In this document: piece by piece, positions 1-9,827 of the stretch
Layout of the letters: each line of letters starts with the position of its first letter
Position numbering within the stretch: position 1 is the first letter of the stretch
NCBI GenBank assembly: GCA_016928095.1
Contig: JAFGLL010000121.1
Span: 3,266-67,265, forward strand
Direction of reading: 5' to 3'
Length of the DNA: 64,000 nt
Origin: Thermoplasmatota archaeon
Lineage (GTDB): Archaea > Thermoplasmatota > Penumbrarchaeia > Penumbrarchaeales > Penumbrarchaeaceae
Position numbers and translations under genes: made by a program
Notes under the pieces: model-generated
Database searches by the model: none
What the model was told of the DNA's origin: nothing
What the model saw: the letters and a program-made list of their open reading frames with translations, nothing else

Positions 1-745
1 GGAGCGTCAGAGCTATTACTGGCTACTAGAGAAGGCCGGGCTTCCATTCCCTGAAAGGATCGATGACCCACAAGGGATAGACGAGCTTGCCATCGTGAAG
101 CTTCATCACAAACAGAAGAAGCTCGAAAGGGGATTTTTCACATGCTCCTCCTTCGAGGAGTACCATCAGAAGTCCGAGAAGCTGATAGCCGGCGGTATCA
201 TCGACAGGGAGACGCTGGAAACAGCAAGGATCGAGAGGTACGTTATCGGCCCGGTCTTCAATTTCGACTTCTTCTACTCTCCTCTGGAGGAGGAGATGTC
301 GCCTCTGGAGCTGCTTGGAGTGGATTGGAGGTTCGAGACATCGTTGGACGGTCATGTAAGGCTGCCAGCACCCCAGCAGATGACGCTTGGGGAGGACCAG
401 ATACTCCCGGAATATACTGTATGTGGTCATAACAGCGCGACGCTGAGGGAATCCCTTCTGGAGAAGGTTTTCAACATGGCCGAGAGGTATGTAGAAGCCT
501 CGAAGGAGCATTACGGTCCCGGCATCATAGGTCCGTTCTGCCTGCAGACCTGTGTGGACAAGGACCTGAACTTCTTCATCTACGATGTCGCCCCCAGGAT
601 AGGCGGGGGCACCAATGTTCATATGTGGGTGGGCCACCCCTATGGTAATTCACTATGGAGGAGGACCCTATCAACGGGTAGAAGGCTGGCTATGGAGGTG
701 AGGAGGGCGGTTTCGGAGGACAGGTTGGACGAGATAGTCACGTGA
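1..745 (+). CDS. ATP-grasp enzyme, probably archaeal PurP-like FAICAR synthetase. The C-terminal part is present and the 5' end runs off the window start.
   Basis: The frame is open from nt 2 and the ORF-track Met at 95 is internal. Visible motifs are 'LLEKAGLPFPE', 'GPFCLQ' and 'FIYDVAPRIGGGTNVHMW', which look ATP-grasp/PurP-like (DUF1297). The stop is at 743-745. The antisense ORF 26..637 is rejected. Confidence 0.5.
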   Translation, partial: ERQSYYWLLEKAGLPFPERIDDPQGIDELAIVKLHHKQKKLERGFFTCSSFEEYHQKSEKLIAGGIIDRETLETARIERYVIGPVFNFDFFYSPLEEEMSPLELLGVDWRFETSLDGHVRLPAPQQMTLGEDQILPEYTVCGHNSATLRESLLEKVFNMAERYVEASKEHYGPGIIGPFCLQTCVDKDLNFFIYDVAPRIGGGTNVHMWVGHPYGNSLWRRTLSTGRRLAMEVRRAVSEDRLDEIVT

Positions 746-836
746 AACAGCCCTACAGGAAGGAGCTTGGCAGAATCCGAAAAAGTACATATAGTAACTC
801 GAACCATACTATATTTACCGTTACGAGGTTCCCATC

Positions 837-1088
837 ATGGTATTCGAAGGTTTGAAAAGGTTCTTCGGTCTTGCCAAGGCAGAGGAGACACCTAACCAGA
901 AGATGACCCTGATCGATGAGGAGCTGGACGAGTTCGAAAAGGAGATCCAGGAATATATCCATTACTCCGATGAGAGAAAGGAGGGTGAGATCGGCATCTC
1001 ACAACCCGCCGTCCTCTCACAGGGTGGAGGAAGGACCAGCTCGAGTTTCATTACCCCGGAAGAGGAAAAGAGGATAGATGGAGAATGA
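837..1088 (+). CDS. Small acidic hypothetical protein (83 aa)
   Basis: Coding-like codon usage (GAG/AAG rich, G/C in third positions). An AT-rich TATA-like stretch sits at 780-830. No recognisable domain. Confidence 0.4.
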   Translation: MVFEGLKRFFGLAKAEETPNQKMTLIDEELDEFEKEIQEYIHYSDERKEGEIGISQPAVLSQGGGRTSSSFITPEEEKRIDGE

Positions 1089-1114
1089 TCCTCGTTGGAT
1101 ATGAAAAGGCCGGT

Positions 1115-1567
1115 CTATTCAACACTCAATATGTAGGTTCTTGCCCGCTCCAATAGCTGGTCATGTTCCGCACGCCATTCCTGATTGGACATTGCCCTCT
1201 TACGCTCCATCAGTGACCCTGCTTCCTCGAGGAATGCAACATCCTCCGCTCTGACCCCCCTGGCCGCAATTTCGGTCCTTGCGGTATCGAGAAGCTCGGC
1301 ATACATCTCTTTCCAGTTCGCAGCATCTCCGTCGATCTTCGCCTGCATGAGCTTTGCGGTGAGGAAAGGATAGTAGCGGTTTGTGATCTCCCTCCCGCAT
1401 TTTTCACACGTCCAGACAGGCTCCTTGCTCTCAACAAAGAACTCAGAGGCACAATCCTCGTCCCCGCATCTGACCATCATTCTCATAGTCCAACCCCCTG
1501 TCGTCTCGGAATATTTTCCTGGTGTAAAAAGGATTGGACTAGTTTCTCTTTCGGGGAACCCTCCCAC
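1115..1567 (-). CDS. Zn-ribbon hypothetical protein
   Basis: Motif 'RCGDEDC...WTCEKCGRE' (Cx4C...Cx2C) followed by a helical C-terminus. The likely true start is the internal Met 'MRMMVRCGDE' near 1486. Confidence 0.45.
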   Translation of the reverse strand: MGGFPERETSPILFTPGKYSETTGGWTMRMMVRCGDEDCASEFFVESKEPVWTCEKCGREITNRYYPFLTAKLMQAKIDGDAANWKEMYAELLDTARTEIAARGVRAEDVAFLEEAGSLMERKRAMSNQEWRAEHDQLLERARTYILSVE

Positions 1568-1610
1568 CTCCCTCCTTTAAGCTAAAAAAAGGGATGGGTG
1601 GGAGAAACCG

Positions 1611-3743
1611 ATGGACCCCATGGACCTGTTCCCATACGACCCCCGTCCGATCCAGTTGGACCTGATCGAGAACATAAACCAGGCGCTTTCCGACAGGGGT
1701 CATGTAGTTATAGAGGCGGGGACAGGCTCCGGGAAGACCGTTTCTGTACTGGCTCCCTGCCTTGCGGCAGCATACGATCACGGGAAACGGGTGCTATACC
1801 TGACCCGAACGAACTCACAGCAGAAGCAGGTGGTCGAGGAGTTCAAACGGATAAAACAAAGCCTGTTACCAGCCCAACCAGTAATAACCCCCGTCATTGA
1901 AGGAGCGGAGGACATGATAGATCAGGCCATCTCGGAGTTGAACCGGGAGGTCCTTTCCGGCTCCACGATCGGACCATGTTCTGACACCCGTGGCTCCCAA
2001 GATTTGGTATCCGGTAGCCTCTGGGAAGGGGGTCCCGGGAGCGGAACGTGTGTGGCCCTTCAAGGGAGGAACAACATGTGCCCTCTCACTTCCGAAGAGC
2101 CGGAGTTCATCACGGGAACCCCTGAAGAGCTCTCCAACATGTGCTCCGAGCGCAAGAAGAACACGAACAGCAGGTTAATTGGTAAGCCCACCGGGGGAAA
2201 GGAATGCAGATACTATTCCGCGTTCCTCCTCGATGACGGTCTGGAGGTTCGAAGGTGGTCAAGGGCGAACGACCCGACTGCCGAAGAGCTTATAGCTAGG
2301 TGCCTTGGGATGTCCATATGTCCCTATGAGGTGACCAAGCTCATGATATCGGAAGCTGTTCTGGTCACAGCACCTTATATCTTCTTCCTATCCCCGTTCA
2401 TCAGGAGAAGATTGCTCGAATGGATGGGGTGTACGATCGAGGACCTGATCGTGATCGTTGATGAAGCCCACAACCTGGCCTCCTTCGCCAGGGACCTTGG
2501 ATCGATAACCCTCACGAGCGTGACCTTGAAGCTGGCCCTGCTCGAGGTGGAGAGGAACGGTGATCACGATATCGGTGGTGGAAGGACCATCAAGGGGTTC
2601 ATCCAGACGGTGATGGATGCCCTCGAAGGGATCGCGAGCGAGTTCCTCATCGACGAGGACGGGCTTGTACCCCCCTCCTCATTGACCGAGACGATGATGG
2701 TCCTTTTCCGGACAAATTCGAACAATATAACCTCCATGGCCACCGAGATGCTTCAGCATGGTATCGCCATACAGGATAGACGAAAGGCCGAGGGGAAACT
2801 CCCCAGGTCCTACATACATACAGTGGCCAGGTTCTATCTTCTCTGGAACGAGCTGGAGTTTGAAAGGTACACTCCACTGATAGTGAAGGGTAGGAGGGAT
2901 GGAGAGCTCATACTGCAGGCATTCGCCATGGACCCGAGCATCGTGACGGGAGCGCTGAAAGAGGCCCATGCCTCGATCCATCTCTCCGGGACCCTCAGCC
3001 CGCTGGATGAGTATCGGGACACGATAGGACTTCCTTCGGACACCCCTCTCATCAAGCTACCTCCTCCTTTTCCGACCGCGAACAGGGCGGTCATGTACGT
3101 GAACGACCTATCGACCAATCACGAGACCATGATGAAGGACCCCCTGGTGAAGATGAGATACCGTGAACGTGTCATGGGGATATTGGGTTCCGTTCCCGAC
3201 AGGAATGCGGCCGTGTTCTTCCCCTCCTTCGATCTACTGATGTCCATCCTCGGGACCGAGGAGCTGGAGGACGGTACGAGCCTCCCTCCGGGTATCCGGC
3301 TGGACCGACCGACCTTCATTGAAGAAAAGGGATCACACCAGGCAGAAATAATGGATATAGCAGAGAGGTTCAAGTCCAGCAAAGGCGGCGTGCTGCTGTC
3401 CGTGATCGGAGGCAGGTTATCGGAGGGTATGGATTTCCCGGGGGAAAGCTTGGAGGTGGTGATCATAGTCGGAATACCTTACCCGAGACCTAACGCAAGG
3501 CAGAGAGCACTGTCCTCTTACTACGATATCAAGTTCGGCAAAGGGTGGGAATACACGGTACATGCACCAGCTTCACGCAGGCTTCTGCAGGCTATCGGGA
3601 GGATGATAAGGTCCGAGAGCGAGCGGGGTTACGCCATCATCCTTGATAAAAGGGCCATGCATTTCAAGGATAGCATTCCAGATCTCCAAGAATCGAGAGA
3701 AAGCATTATTCACATTTCGGAATTTTTTTTAGGAAAAACTTAA
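1611..3743 (+). CDS. xpd: XPD/Rad3-family FeS DNA helicase (superfamily 2, DinG/XPD)
   Basis: Walker A 'EAGTGSGKT' and a DEAH box 'IVIVDEAHNL'. A four-Cys FeS cluster signature sits between helicase motifs I and II ('CVALQGRNNMC...CSERKK...CRYY'). C-terminal helicase motifs 'GGRLSEGMDF' and 'QAIGRMIRSESERG' are present. Confidence 0.9.
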   Translation: MDPMDLFPYDPRPIQLDLIENINQALSDRGHVVIEAGTGSGKTVSVLAPCLAAAYDHGKRVLYLTRTNSQQKQVVEEFKRIKQSLLPAQPVITPVIEGAEDMIDQAISELNREVLSGSTIGPCSDTRGSQDLVSGSLWEGGPGSGTCVALQGRNNMCPLTSEEPEFITGTPEELSNMCSERKKNTNSRLIGKPTGGKECRYYSAFLLDDGLEVRRWSRANDPTAEELIARCLGMSICPYEVTKLMISEAVLVTAPYIFFLSPFIRRRLLEWMGCTIEDLIVIVDEAHNLASFARDLGSITLTSVTLKLALLEVERNGDHDIGGGRTIKGFIQTVMDALEGIASEFLIDEDGLVPPSSLTETMMVLFRTNSNNITSMATEMLQHGIAIQDRRKAEGKLPRSYIHTVARFYLLWNELEFERYTPLIVKGRRDGELILQAFAMDPSIVTGALKEAHASIHLSGTLSPLDEYRDTIGLPSDTPLIKLPPPFPTANRAVMYVNDLSTNHETMMKDPLVKMRYRERVMGILGSVPDRNAAVFFPSFDLLMSILGTEELEDGTSLPPGIRLDRPTFIEEKGSHQAEIMDIAERFKSSKGGVLLSVIGGRLSEGMDFPGESLEVVIIVGIPYPRPNARQRALSSYYDIKFGKGWEYTVHAPASRRLLQAIGRMIRSESERGYAIILDKRAMHFKDSIPDLQESRESIIHISEFFLGKT

Positions 3744-3806
3744 TTGGTACGATATACCATCCCTTTGTATAGTCTCACAGATATCGAACCAACTAGTGTC
3801 GGAAGG

Positions 3807-5723
3807 ATGAGATTGGGCAGAAAAAATAGCAGTAACAGGTCCAAAAAAGGACGCAGCTCAAAGCCCAGGAAGAAGAGCAAAGACGTGGCGGTGGAAGAGA
3901 CACCCGCTGTACCGGAGGATGAGGTAGTTTCGGAAATTGAAGGGGAAGTGGAAGAGGACATAGTGATCGGCCCTGAGAAGAAGAGGAAAAGAGGAACACG
4001 CAAAAATAAGGTCATTGTGGAAGATGAGAACCTTATCGAAGAGCAGATCGAGGAACCCGAGCAGACCCGACCCCCCACTTCCCTTGAGAACGATGATGGA
4101 AAACTGGTCTGGGAGGCGGTGGACTGGGAAGATGTGACCCCCACTTCGAGATCGGGACCTGTATTCGACGATGGGAGCATCAAGGACATCCTCAAGGACC
4201 TGGTGGGGCAGGCATGGAACGATGGGGTCATCTCGGAGGATGAGATGGCCTTGCTCAGGGTCCTGCAGGAGAGGTTGAAGGTTGACGATGTGACCTTTGA
4301 AAAGATCATCTCCGATACCAGACCCTCCCGGGAGGACGTCGAACAGGAACAGGAGATCCTCGCTGATGAGACACCTCCGGAACCAGGACATGATGAAGAA
4401 CAGAAGGAGGAAGATGAGGCAGTATGTCCCGAGCCAGATGCCCCAACATTGATCGAGCCCCCCCCTAAGATGCCATCGGACCTACCCCAACCACCTCCAA
4501 TACCTTATGTTGTCGAAAAAACCCCCGTCAATGAACCGGCACCGTTTGTCGAACCACGACGGGCACCACCTCCACCTATCCAGGAAACAAGGGGTATAAT
4601 AACCCTCACCTCTTATGTAAGGGACAGCAAAAAACCTCTCGGGGAATCCTTCGATCTCACAAAAAAGGAGGAGGCATTAAATAACCTCAAGAGGAGATGC
4701 CCCCACTGCAGGGCAATGATCCGGGTCCATCCCGAGGAAGGGAGGGACAGATGTCCGATCTGCGGGGGAACGGTCGTCTCTGAGAAGATAGAGACCCCGG
4801 GTATCAGAAGACTTCTGGACCAGGCAAGGACAGCGTACAGGGAATGCGACATGAGCGCAGCATTGGAACTTTACACACTCGCCCTTGCCCAGTCACCTCA
4901 GAACAAGGAAGCCCAGTTCTACCTCCAGAAGCTTCATCATCATCCCATCGAGAAGAGACCGGTCATCAAGGGGGATGTCAGGAACGTGACATATATCCCT
5001 TCATTCATCAAGAGGCTTGACCAGCTTCTGATGGGTGGTTATTCCGTGGGGTCCCAGGTCCTGCTGAAAGGCCCTGCCTTCAGCGGGAAGGAAGTAGTGT
5101 TCAACAAGATAATGGCATCCAGTCTCTCATTGGGCATCCCTGTGATCTATGTCTCCTCGAACAGGGCAATGAAAGAGGTCATGCAGGGCATCATCAGACA
5201 GGTCCCCGAGTTCAGAAGGTTCAATCAAGAAGGACTGGTCAGGATGTATGACCTGTTCTCGAAGTACAGCGACGGCAAGGTCCTGAAGGAGGGGCACAGG
5301 ATATTCAATATAGAGGACCGGGAAGACTTTAAGAGGTTCCAGAGCGACCTTGTCTATCTCATGGAGGAGTTCGTTTCGCAGTTCCATGGTGGGGTGATGA
5401 TAATAAATTCCCTGTCACCCCTTGTGACCCGAACCGACATGAACGACCTCATGAAATTCCTGCAGGTCCTGATATCCCGGTCCAAATCTTACCGTTTCAC
5501 CAACATCATGGACATGGCAACGGGGGTCCATCCGGAAAGCGTCGAGAACTCCATCGAATATCTGATGGATGGGATCATCGAGTTCAGGGAAAGGGAGAAC
5601 AGGAAATCCCTCAGATTGAGGGGGTTCCACCAAGGGGTCCCCACAAGGGAATGGATAGATTATCAGCATACGGATACCGACATCCATATCATGGGGTCCT
5701 TCCAGGGTGAGAGGATACTTTGA
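3807..5723 (+). CDS. Multidomain protein with three parts. An acidic/Pro-rich disordered N-terminus, a Zn-ribbon, and a C-terminal KaiC/RecA-like ATPase domain with a deviant Walker A.
   Basis: The ORF track starts at a TTG at 3744, directly after the XPD stop. The ATG at 3807 ('MRLGRKNSS'), preceded by GGAAGG, is the more likely start. The N-terminus is an E/D/P/K-rich low-complexity region. The zinc ribbon is 'CPHCRAMIRVHPEEGRDRCPICGG'. The C-terminal segment 'IPSFIKRLDQLLMGGYSVGSQVLLKGPAFSGKEVVF' has the KaiC/RadA/ArlH-like layout, but its P-loop reads GPAFSGKE where GxxxxGK[ST] is expected. Confidence 0.6.
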   Translation: MRLGRKNSSNRSKKGRSSKPRKKSKDVAVEETPAVPEDEVVSEIEGEVEEDIVIGPEKKRKRGTRKNKVIVEDENLIEEQIEEPEQTRPPTSLENDDGKLVWEAVDWEDVTPTSRSGPVFDDGSIKDILKDLVGQAWNDGVISEDEMALLRVLQERLKVDDVTFEKIISDTRPSREDVEQEQEILADETPPEPGHDEEQKEEDEAVCPEPDAPTLIEPPPKMPSDLPQPPPIPYVVEKTPVNEPAPFVEPRRAPPPPIQETRGIITLTSYVRDSKKPLGESFDLTKKEEALNNLKRRCPHCRAMIRVHPEEGRDRCPICGGTVVSEKIETPGIRRLLDQARTAYRECDMSAALELYTLALAQSPQNKEAQFYLQKLHHHPIEKRPVIKGDVRNVTYIPSFIKRLDQLLMGGYSVGSQVLLKGPAFSGKEVVFNKIMASSLSLGIPVIYVSSNRAMKEVMQGIIRQVPEFRRFNQEGLVRMYDLFSKYSDGKVLKEGHRIFNIEDREDFKRFQSDLVYLMEEFVSQFHGGVMIINSLSPLVTRTDMNDLMKFLQVLISRSKSYRFTNIMDMATGVHPESVENSIEYLMDGIIEFRERENRKSLRLRGFHQGVPTREWIDYQHTDTDIHIMGSFQGERIL

Positions 5724-5724
5724 T

Positions 5725-7032
5725 CTAAGCGTGTATCTCCTTCTTTTTAAAGAGTATATAGGATGCGATCATCGAGACCATACCGATGACCGAAGGTAAA
5801 ATGATGTTGACAGCGTCAAAGGTCCTGTGGACCATCAGCTGGTTCATGTCATAATACGTGAACAGGGAGATGTAACCCAGACCGTCCTGCCATCCCGCTA
5901 TGTTCGATACGATCTGGATCATGAACATGAAGATCGTGAGACCCATGATGGCACCCGTTGTCTTCGAGCTCTCATCGATCAGTACGGAGAGGAGAAGGGA
6001 GAGACCGACCATTCCGAATGCCAGGGGAACAGAGCCCAGAAAGGCGATCGTGATCCCTGCCACTGGCACTGGCTTCCCTATCATGAACACTCCAAGTATC
6101 ACCCCGACCCAGGCGGCAATGACCACAAGGGCCAGGTTCATGGCCACGACCAGCATCTTCTCGTTTAGGAAACGGAACCTTGAATACCCGGTCGCTAGAA
6201 GGATGTCGATGGACTGGTCGTCAACATGTTTTGAAACGGTCCCCCCGGTCTTTATGGCAAGGAAGATAAGGAGCATGAGAGGCCACATGGAGAAGTATTC
6301 CAGAGCTATGAAGCCCTCTATCTCCGTGAAGGAGATCATCTCCTCTCCGAAGAATGCCTTCATCATCGGATTTTCCTCCAGGTACTCGTCGAAATCGGAT
6401 ATCTGCATCAGGTCCATAGAGGATACCGGTCCAAGGAAAGTGATGTTGGAGAGGTTCCAATCATTGGGGATAAGACCCACCACGAAGAGGAGGGATGAAC
6501 CGCTGTTCGTGAAGTTCACATAGGTACCTTCCCCGAAATACACGAGCTCGATACCGGATTTTCCATCCGGGAACGGTATGGGGGCCGGATAGTGCATGTT
6601 CCCGGAATGGTCCCCCGTGTAATTCTCGAAGAATTCCATTAGCATCGGATCGTCCTTAAGGTACTCCCCGAGCGATATATTTCCAAAATGGTCTTCGAAC
6701 AGATCCTGGACCTGGCTCATGTTGAACCCCTCGATGTCATCAAGTGTGAAATTGGCCCAGTCCATGCCTTCGTCCAGGTCAAGACCGAACGCAACATGGG
6801 CAGCCGTCCCTGTCCGGGTCTCCCATTTGAGGTTGAACACATCATACTCGTCATTTGTACCGATCTTTGTCAGGGTTATGCCCTCGACGCTGGAGAAGGG
6901 TTCGCTCAGCATATCCTCGACCGAAAGGAACGCGACCATTATCAGCAGGCCGTAGAACAGCATGACACCCACATAGACCCACATCGAGGTCTGCTGGTCC
7001 TTGAAGGCGGCCTTGAACAGCGGGAGCTTCAT
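5725..7032 (-). CDS. ABC transporter permease (ABC-2-type). It has a large extracytoplasmic loop after TM1 and C-terminal TM helices.
   Basis: One N-terminal TM, a ~230 aa hydrophilic region, then 5 hydrophobic segments. It shares a 4-nt ATGA overlap with the upstream ATPase gene, which suggests translational coupling. Confidence 0.7.
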   Translation of the reverse strand: MKLPLFKAAFKDQQTSMWVYVGVMLFYGLLIMVAFLSVEDMLSEPFSSVEGITLTKIGTNDEYDVFNLKWETRTGTAAHVAFGLDLDEGMDWANFTLDDIEGFNMSQVQDLFEDHFGNISLGEYLKDDPMLMEFFENYTGDHSGNMHYPAPIPFPDGKSGIELVYFGEGTYVNFTNSGSSLLFVVGLIPNDWNLSNITFLGPVSSMDLMQISDFDEYLEENPMMKAFFGEEMISFTEIEGFIALEYFSMWPLMLLIFLAIKTGGTVSKHVDDQSIDILLATGYSRFRFLNEKMLVVAMNLALVVIAAWVGVILGVFMIGKPVPVAGITIAFLGSVPLAFGMVGLSLLLSVLIDESSKTTGAIMGLTIFMFMIQIVSNIAGWQDGLGYISLFTYYDMNQLMVHRTFDAVNIILPSVIGMVSMIASYILFKKKEIHA

Positions 7033-7973
7033 TGCACCACCCCCCTCGCCCCGTTCCTATTATGGCTCACGTTCTCTTTTCCATAATATTTCAGGAAGAG
7101 GTCCTCGAGGGACACCTCATCGTACGTGAGGTCGATGATCGTGTGCCTGGCAAGCTCCTTTATCACACCGTCTATGTGAGAGGAAACCGTCATGATCAGG
7201 ATATTTTCTTCCCCGACCTTGATGTCCGAAACGCCGGGTAGGCTCATGAAGATGTACGGATCGACCTTTCTGTCGAACTCGACGTTGAGGACCTTGCCCG
7301 TTTTCTTCTTGAACGTGGACATGTTCTCCACCATGATCAGGCGGCCTTCCCTGATGATGCCGACCCTGTCGCAGATAGATTCAACCTCCGCCAGTATATG
7401 GGATGATAAGAAGACCGTGTTCTCCTTGCTCTTTTCCTCCAGTACGATCCTGTAGAATTCCTGCTGCATGAGGGGGTCGAGCCCGGTGGTCGGTTCGTCC
7501 AGAATGGCGAGCTTGGGGTTGTGCATGAAGGCCGAGACCACACCGATCTTCTGTCGGTTTCCGCGGGAAAAATCCTTGATCCTTCTTTTAAGATCAAGGT
7601 CCAATCTTCCGGCGAGCTCCTCTATCCGGTCTTGCCCTCTGTAGTCCATCATCTCCAGAAGGGTTCGAAGGTAAGCCTTTGCCGTCATGGACTTGTAGGT
7701 CCCAAAATCCGAGGGGAGGTAACCCACCGACCTCCTGACCTTCGCTCCTTCCTTTGTAGGGTCCATCCCGTTGACCCGGGCCCAACCAGAGGTCGGTCTT
7801 ATGAGATCGAGGATGGTCCGGATGGCAGTGCTCTTCCCGGCACCGTTCGGACCAAGGAAGCCGAACACCTCCCCCCTTTTCACGGAAAGGTCCACATCGA
7901 TTATGCCTCTGGACTTCCCGTAAAATTTGGTGAGCTTGTTCAACTCGATGACAGGATCGATGTCGGGTGTCAA
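7029..7973 (-). CDS. ABC transporter ATP-binding protein
   Basis: Walker A 'GFLGPNGAGKST', a Q-loop, the signature 'LSSHIL' region with 'LDEPTTGLD' (Walker B), and a C-terminal extra domain. Confidence 0.9.
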   Translation of the reverse strand: MTPDIDPVIELNKLTKFYGKSRGIIDVDLSVKRGEVFGFLGPNGAGKSTAIRTILDLIRPTSGWARVNGMDPTKEGAKVRRSVGYLPSDFGTYKSMTAKAYLRTLLEMMDYRGQDRIEELAGRLDLDLKRRIKDFSRGNRQKIGVVSAFMHNPKLAILDEPTTGLDPLMQQEFYRIVLEEKSKENTVFLSSHILAEVESICDRVGIIREGRLIMVENMSTFKKKTGKVLNVEFDRKVDPYIFMSLPGVSDIKVGEENILIMTVSSHIDGVIKELARHTIIDLTYDEVSLEDLFLKYYGKENVSHNRNGARGVVQ

Positions 7974-8134
7974 TTAATCTCCTCCATCTAAGACTGGTAA
8001 ACCTACCGATTATTTATGCAATTTCGTATGGTCATTATATTTTAAAGGATAGATATCCATAAATCGACAGCCGTTCTCCCACCCGATCATTCCTCATACT
8101 CCTTGAAATGTTCATTATGGACCGATGAATAGGC

Positions 8135-9718
8135 TCATCCACCATCTCCATCTGATATCTGTCCGTTCCTGCCCTTGATATCCATATATTTCCGAAAAGG
8201 CCAATCGGACCATCCTATGTACGTCGCAAGCTCTCTGAGCCATTCGTTGGAATCGTAGCCCGAGATCTCCCAGAAATCCTCTGTCTTGTATCCTTCTATG
8301 ATGTCCCTTGTGGATTCCAGCCAGATCGGGAGGTCTTCAGGGATCGCCCCGAAGATCAGGGTCACCAGCAGACCGTTCTCGAACCCCAGTTTCCCTCCCT
8401 TGACCGGTCCGGGGATCGGTTGGGGTTTCAGGTTCGCTGCATGACTGATTATACCGAGCTTCAGACCTTCCCTTCCTGTGATGAAATGCATCCTGGCCGA
8501 GAGTTTCGGGAACCACTCGTCCGCAACGAAATCCGGGAATTCGTCGAAATAACTGCTTCCCTTTGGATATACCGGAATGCAGTAGACGCTCGTTGCCCTG
8601 AACTCATAGAGTGCCGCGGGAGTACCGGTAAACGTATAGAGGTCTGGTATCCCATCATCGTGAAGCACGTCCTGCTGGCTTAGCTCGATCACCCCCTCCA
8701 TCAGGTTCTTGAGCTTTTCATCGGTGCCTTCGGGCGAATGCACGTCCGGGTCTGTCCAGAGATGAGGGAGGACGAAAGGCCTTTCCGGGGTCAGACCGGC
8801 CATGATATCCGGGATATCTATCGGGCCCAGCGGCCAATTCTCCTGCATCCAGGTCTGCTCTCCCGTGTCGGCTACGGTGTATTTGAGGAAGGGGTATAGC
8901 GCCTGAGAGAGCAGTTCTATGGGGAATGGGTTGAGGACCTCTTCCCGTATGGTCTTTCTGTCCTTTCCTGTCCAGCACTGGGCGAAATGATGGTTGGATA
9001 CGGGGAATATGGAGACCCTGGAATGCTGAAACTCATAGGACTGGTCCGTTTCCTTCCTGACGATGTGGCGATTGATGATTTCCCGGCATTGATAGGGGAT
9101 GTTCGTGAAATCCCTGTTCGAGATCCTGCGGGTCGTCTTGAGCAGTTTTCCCATGACCGGTGCAACTGTCCGGGGTCCTTGAAGCGCAAGGGCGGTCCTC
9201 TGAGGCAGGATCGTGAATATCCAGTAGATGGTGGACATGGGGAGGGAATATCCCAGATGCTGCAGTATCTCGGGGGTAAGCCCGCCGCCGGTCCCACCGT
9301 CTGCGGTGTGGATGATCACGACTATTGCGGGCTCCTCGCGGGAGATGGGGGCGTAGAGGTTCTTTGCAAGGTTCTCGACGACATCGTTGTTGAGCATCGC
9401 TTTCGCCGCTCTTCCCGGTCTTCCTCCCGCACCCCTTGACATACCCCTGGCCGACAGGGACAGAGAGATCTTCTGCTCCGGGGGTATGTTCTCGAAGAAT
9501 CCTTCCCTGGTAGGATCCGAACTTGTGTCCACTATGAACGCCAGGGGTCTGTCATCATGAAGTTTGAGAGCTTTCCCCAGACACTTGTATCTATCCACAA
9601 CCTCGTAGTTGAGTATCTGGTCCACACCGTCGGACAGTATCCTGGAGCCTCCGCCTCCGATGCCGACCAGGACTATCGACGGGTGTTTTCTCTCCTCGAA
9701 CTCCTCACTGTCCATCAT
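8135..9718 (-). CDS. Divergent FtsZ/tubulin-superfamily GTPase (FtsZ-like paralog) with a ~280 aa C-terminal domain of unknown function
   Basis: N-terminal G-box 'IVLVGIGGGGSRI'. A T3-like 'ARGMSRGAGGRPGRAAKAM'. The tubulin/FtsZ signature 'IHTADGGTGGGLTPEI' (GGGTG[ST]G-like). A T7-like 'ISNRDFTNI' (NxDxxD). The C-terminal half (aa ~250-527) has no FtsZ C-terminal domain features. Confidence 0.75.
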   Translation of the reverse strand: MMDSEEFEERKHPSIVLVGIGGGGSRILSDGVDQILNYEVVDRYKCLGKALKLHDDRPLAFIVDTSSDPTREGFFENIPPEQKISLSLSARGMSRGAGGRPGRAAKAMLNNDVVENLAKNLYAPISREEPAIVVIIHTADGGTGGGLTPEILQHLGYSLPMSTIYWIFTILPQRTALALQGPRTVAPVMGKLLKTTRRISNRDFTNIPYQCREIINRHIVRKETDQSYEFQHSRVSIFPVSNHHFAQCWTGKDRKTIREEVLNPFPIELLSQALYPFLKYTVADTGEQTWMQENWPLGPIDIPDIMAGLTPERPFVLPHLWTDPDVHSPEGTDEKLKNLMEGVIELSQQDVLHDDGIPDLYTFTGTPAALYEFRATSVYCIPVYPKGSSYFDEFPDFVADEWFPKLSARMHFITGREGLKLGIISHAANLKPQPIPGPVKGGKLGFENGLLVTLIFGAIPEDLPIWLESTRDIIEGYKTEDFWEISGYDSNEWLRELATYIGWSDWPFRKYMDIKGRNGQISDGDGG

Positions 9719-9827
9719 TATCCCCCGAAAAAGAACACCACTTGAACAAGTCCTTTCTTATTTCTATCTTTTCTTGGGGTGTACCTCCGATCCAGAGCTT
9801 TTTTATCTGGATAGACGTTCATCCATC

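Noticed and set aside
26-637. 203-aa minus-strand ORF overlapping the PurP-like gene
   Set aside because: It is antisense to a plus-strand frame that is open from the window edge and carries recognisable ATP-grasp motifs. Its own sequence is low-complexity with no motifs. It is a typical GC-rich shadow ORF.
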